A stretch of 63,878 nt of DNA, filler included, from Reclinomonas americana ATCC 50394 (taxonomy: Eukaryota), in assembly GCA_048213135.1 (NCBI GenBank). It is 7 parts of 3 records of this genome, joined end to end, with 100 filler letters (N's around TTAATTAATTAA, not from the genome) between each part and the next. Parts side by side here need not be neighbours in the genome. Positions count along the whole stretch, not along the records: positions 61,348 to 63,878 come from PS015450.1; 6 more parts are not named here. One strand, written 5' to 3'. A model generated the notes under the pieces. The model ran no database searches and was not told the origin of the DNA. It saw only the letters and a list, made by a program, of their open reading frames with translations. Position numbers and translations under genes: made by a program. Position 1 is the first letter of the stretch; each line of letters begins with the position of its first letter. Positions 61,370 through 63,878 of this stretch are shown here, piece by piece.

Positions 61370-61640
61370 AGCACAGTGGCAAGCGTGTGGGCTATCGACC
61401 CGCTTTCCTTGACTCTTGGGTCCTTGCATTTGCGAGGCGCAGCGGCCTACGACGTCGACAAGGGCCTGCAAGATATCGATGCAACTGAATTCCGAAACTC
61501 TGCCGAGTCCTGTTCGTCGTGAGCTCGAGGCAGCACAGTGGCAAGCGTGTGGGCTATCTGTCCGCTTTCCTTGACTCTTGGGTCCTTGCATTTGCGAGTC
61601 GCAGCGGCCAACGACGTCGAGAAGGGCTTGCGAGATCGAT
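61370..61640. repeat. Direct duplication of ~110 bp with ~160-bp spacing
   Basis: GCACAGTGGCAAGCGTGTGGGCTATC...CCGCTTTCCTTGACTCTTGGGTCCTTGCATTTGCGAG occurs at about 61370 and about 61533. Confidence 0.85.
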
Positions 61641-61866
61641 ATCGACTCGATCACCGAATTCGAAAACAGCCAACGATCACAAACACGACACAGGCAAGTT
61701 TATGCACTCAGCTGCTCATGTGTATAGATGCTGTACACAATGAGCGCAACAGCACAGAAACGCCATTGCGTTACCAAATGTGCACGTGTGAGATCGACGG
61801 TCAGAGTGGATGGACTGAAGAGGGAATTGCAACTTGAGATAAAAGAATCGAGCAGCAGAGACTTAC

Positions 61867-63823
61867 ATGCGCGTTGCCTTTTTCCATCCTGACTTGGGCA
61901 TTGGTGAGTGCAGTGAGTGTGAGAATGAGTGAGACTGATTTTCCCTCCACACACACGCACTCTCGTGAAAATCACTTGTCAGTCGCGTCGACACGTGGAA
62001 GTGTCCAAGTTGTTTGCTCAGTGAGACACTTGCTCTCACTCACACACACTCACAGACATGAGTGCGCACTCTGCTTCTCTTTGTGCGCTGTGCACTCTCT
62101 CACATTCTTTTCGCACATAATGTCTCTGCCAGTGAGCAGATGCACACTTGCACACATTCACACACTCACACATACACACACATTCATTCACACACACACA
62201 CACACATTCACTCTCTCACTTTACTGTCACACACATTCACTCTCTCTGACATACGCAACGCACATTCATTCACCCTCTCTTTCACCCCTCCTCCCTCCCT
62301 CCCTCCTCCTCTCTCCTCACCTCTCTCCCCATCTCTCTCACCACATCTCCCTCCCAAATTCGTTCGAAGAACATTCCCTCACCCGTTTTTCATTCACTCA
62401 TTCATTCCCTTCATCCCCTCCCTCCCCTCCCTCTCTCCCTTTCCCTCTCCCTTTCCCTGTGCGCAGGAGGTGCCGAGCGCCTCATTGTCGACGCCGCGGT
62501 GAGCCTTCGCGAGCGCGGCCACCACGTGGACATTTACACTGGATTCCACGACCCCACACGCTGCTTTCCCGAGACTCTGCCACCGCCGCCACTGTCCGCA
62601 CGACCGCCTTCACCTTCGTCTTCTCCTTCACCGACAACAACGCACATTCCAGTGCACGTGTGGTGCCCGCGATGGGTGCCGCGACACATCTTTGGTCGCT
62701 TCCACCTCCTCTTTGCCGTGCTGCGCATGCTGCTCGTCACCGTGCGCTTCTTGCTCACGTGCCAGCAGTGCCAGTACGATGTGTGCGTCGTTGATCAGGT
62801 GTCGGGCATTGTGCCGCTGCTGCGCTACGTCGGCCGCTGCCGTGTGCTCTTCTACTGTCACTACCCGGACATGCTGCTGGCGGAGCCGAGTGAGTGGTTC
62901 CTGGGACGTGTGTATCGGCGTGTGTTTGACGAGCTGGAGCGCTTCACCACGGCGTGTGCGCATCAGATTGTCGTCAACTCGCTGTTCACCAAGGAGACGC
63001 TGCAGCGTGTGATGCCGGCACTCGACTTTGACACCATCGACGTGCTGTATCCGCCCATTGACACGTCGCCGCCGTCGCCGGCGACGCGCAGCAGCAGCAA
63101 CAGCAGCAGAAGTTCGTCGAGAGACGACCTGGCGCAGATGAATGGCAACGGGCACGGTGCCGACAGGGGTAGGCGGCGAGCGGATAGCACCGGAAATAGT
63201 GGAGAGGTGACCATGGGCGCGGGCGTCGAGTCGGCCGTGTCGGGCATGCTGCGCTCGCGCAGTGGCTCGCTCGGCTCGCTGCCGAAGAGACCCTCGGACG
63301 ACGCACTAAGCGACGAGCACTTGCCGCCGCTACCCTTCCAGTTGCGATCTCCCCTCCCTCTCTCTCTTTCTTCGTGTTACGTCTTTGCCGCTGACAACAA
63401 GTGCCCAGCCCCGACGACAAGATCATCCTCTCCATCAATCGCTTCGAGCGAAAGAAGAATCTCCCACTGGCGGTGCGTGCACTCGAATTCTTGCGGAGGC
63501 AACTGGACGAGTCGCAGTTTGCCAATGTGAGGTTGGTGCTGGCTGGCGGCTACGACTCGCGGCTACCCGAGAACGTGGAGCACTACGAGGAGCTGCAGGC
63601 GTCGGTGCATCGGCTAAACCTCGATCACCACGTCACGTTCCTGCGCAATGTCTCGGAGAGCGAAAAGTTGCGATAAGCACTATATTTGTCGTGTGCCTGC
63701 CGTGCGCCTCTGTTCTCTCACCCGCACAAAACAGGCGACGCCTACTCGATCGGTGCTTGTGCGTGCTGTACACGCCTTCGAATGAGCACTTTGGCATTGT
63801 GCCTATCGAGGCCATGTGGGCGG
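61867..63823 (+). CDS. ALG2: Alpha-1,3/1,6-mannosyltransferase ALG2 (3' truncated by window end)
   Basis: [81 protein letters not shown]. Confidence 0.95.
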
Positions 63824-63878
63824 GTGAGTGGCGGGTGGAAGAAGGAGATGTGAGGGAGAGGGAGAAGGAGAGGGGAGA

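Overview
Eukaryotic, GC-rich, gene-dense and intron-rich draft genome of a flagellated protist (it has an axonemal dynein, many short GT-AG introns and CA/GA microsatellites). Contigs are joined by N gaps and by artificial 100-nt N44-TTAATTAATTAA-N44 linkers. All gene models below were spliced by eye. Ordinary genes: CaMKK-like kinase, SWIB protein, TauE transporter, two GSTs, DA2/GW2-like RING ligase, PP2C, RPL7, V-ATPase A (3' end), a vWA protein, WDR46/UTP7, an OS-9-like lectin, a kinesin, COQ10, an inner-arm dynein heavy chain and ALG2. Highlights: (1) a 4-exon nuclear gene (14329-15052) encoding a short bacterial-type secretin (GspD-like) domain, consistent with a mitochondrial type II secretion system component; (2) a coiled-coil + 4x ubiquitin-like + peptidase S74 autocleaving chaperone gene (57963-61025, minus), whose predicted self-cleavage would expose a ubiquitin-like ...VQRIRG C-terminus; (3) an LRR + GalU-like nucleotidyltransferase + arabinokinase-like GHMP kinase fusion; (4) an ankyrin + coiled-coil + IRAK/Pelle-like kinase + RING protein; (5) recurrent GTT-GCG/GAG/ACG splice donors. 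Two contigs (in the dynein and kinesin genes) look misoriented in the assembly. Domain calls come from motif recognition only; no searches were run.
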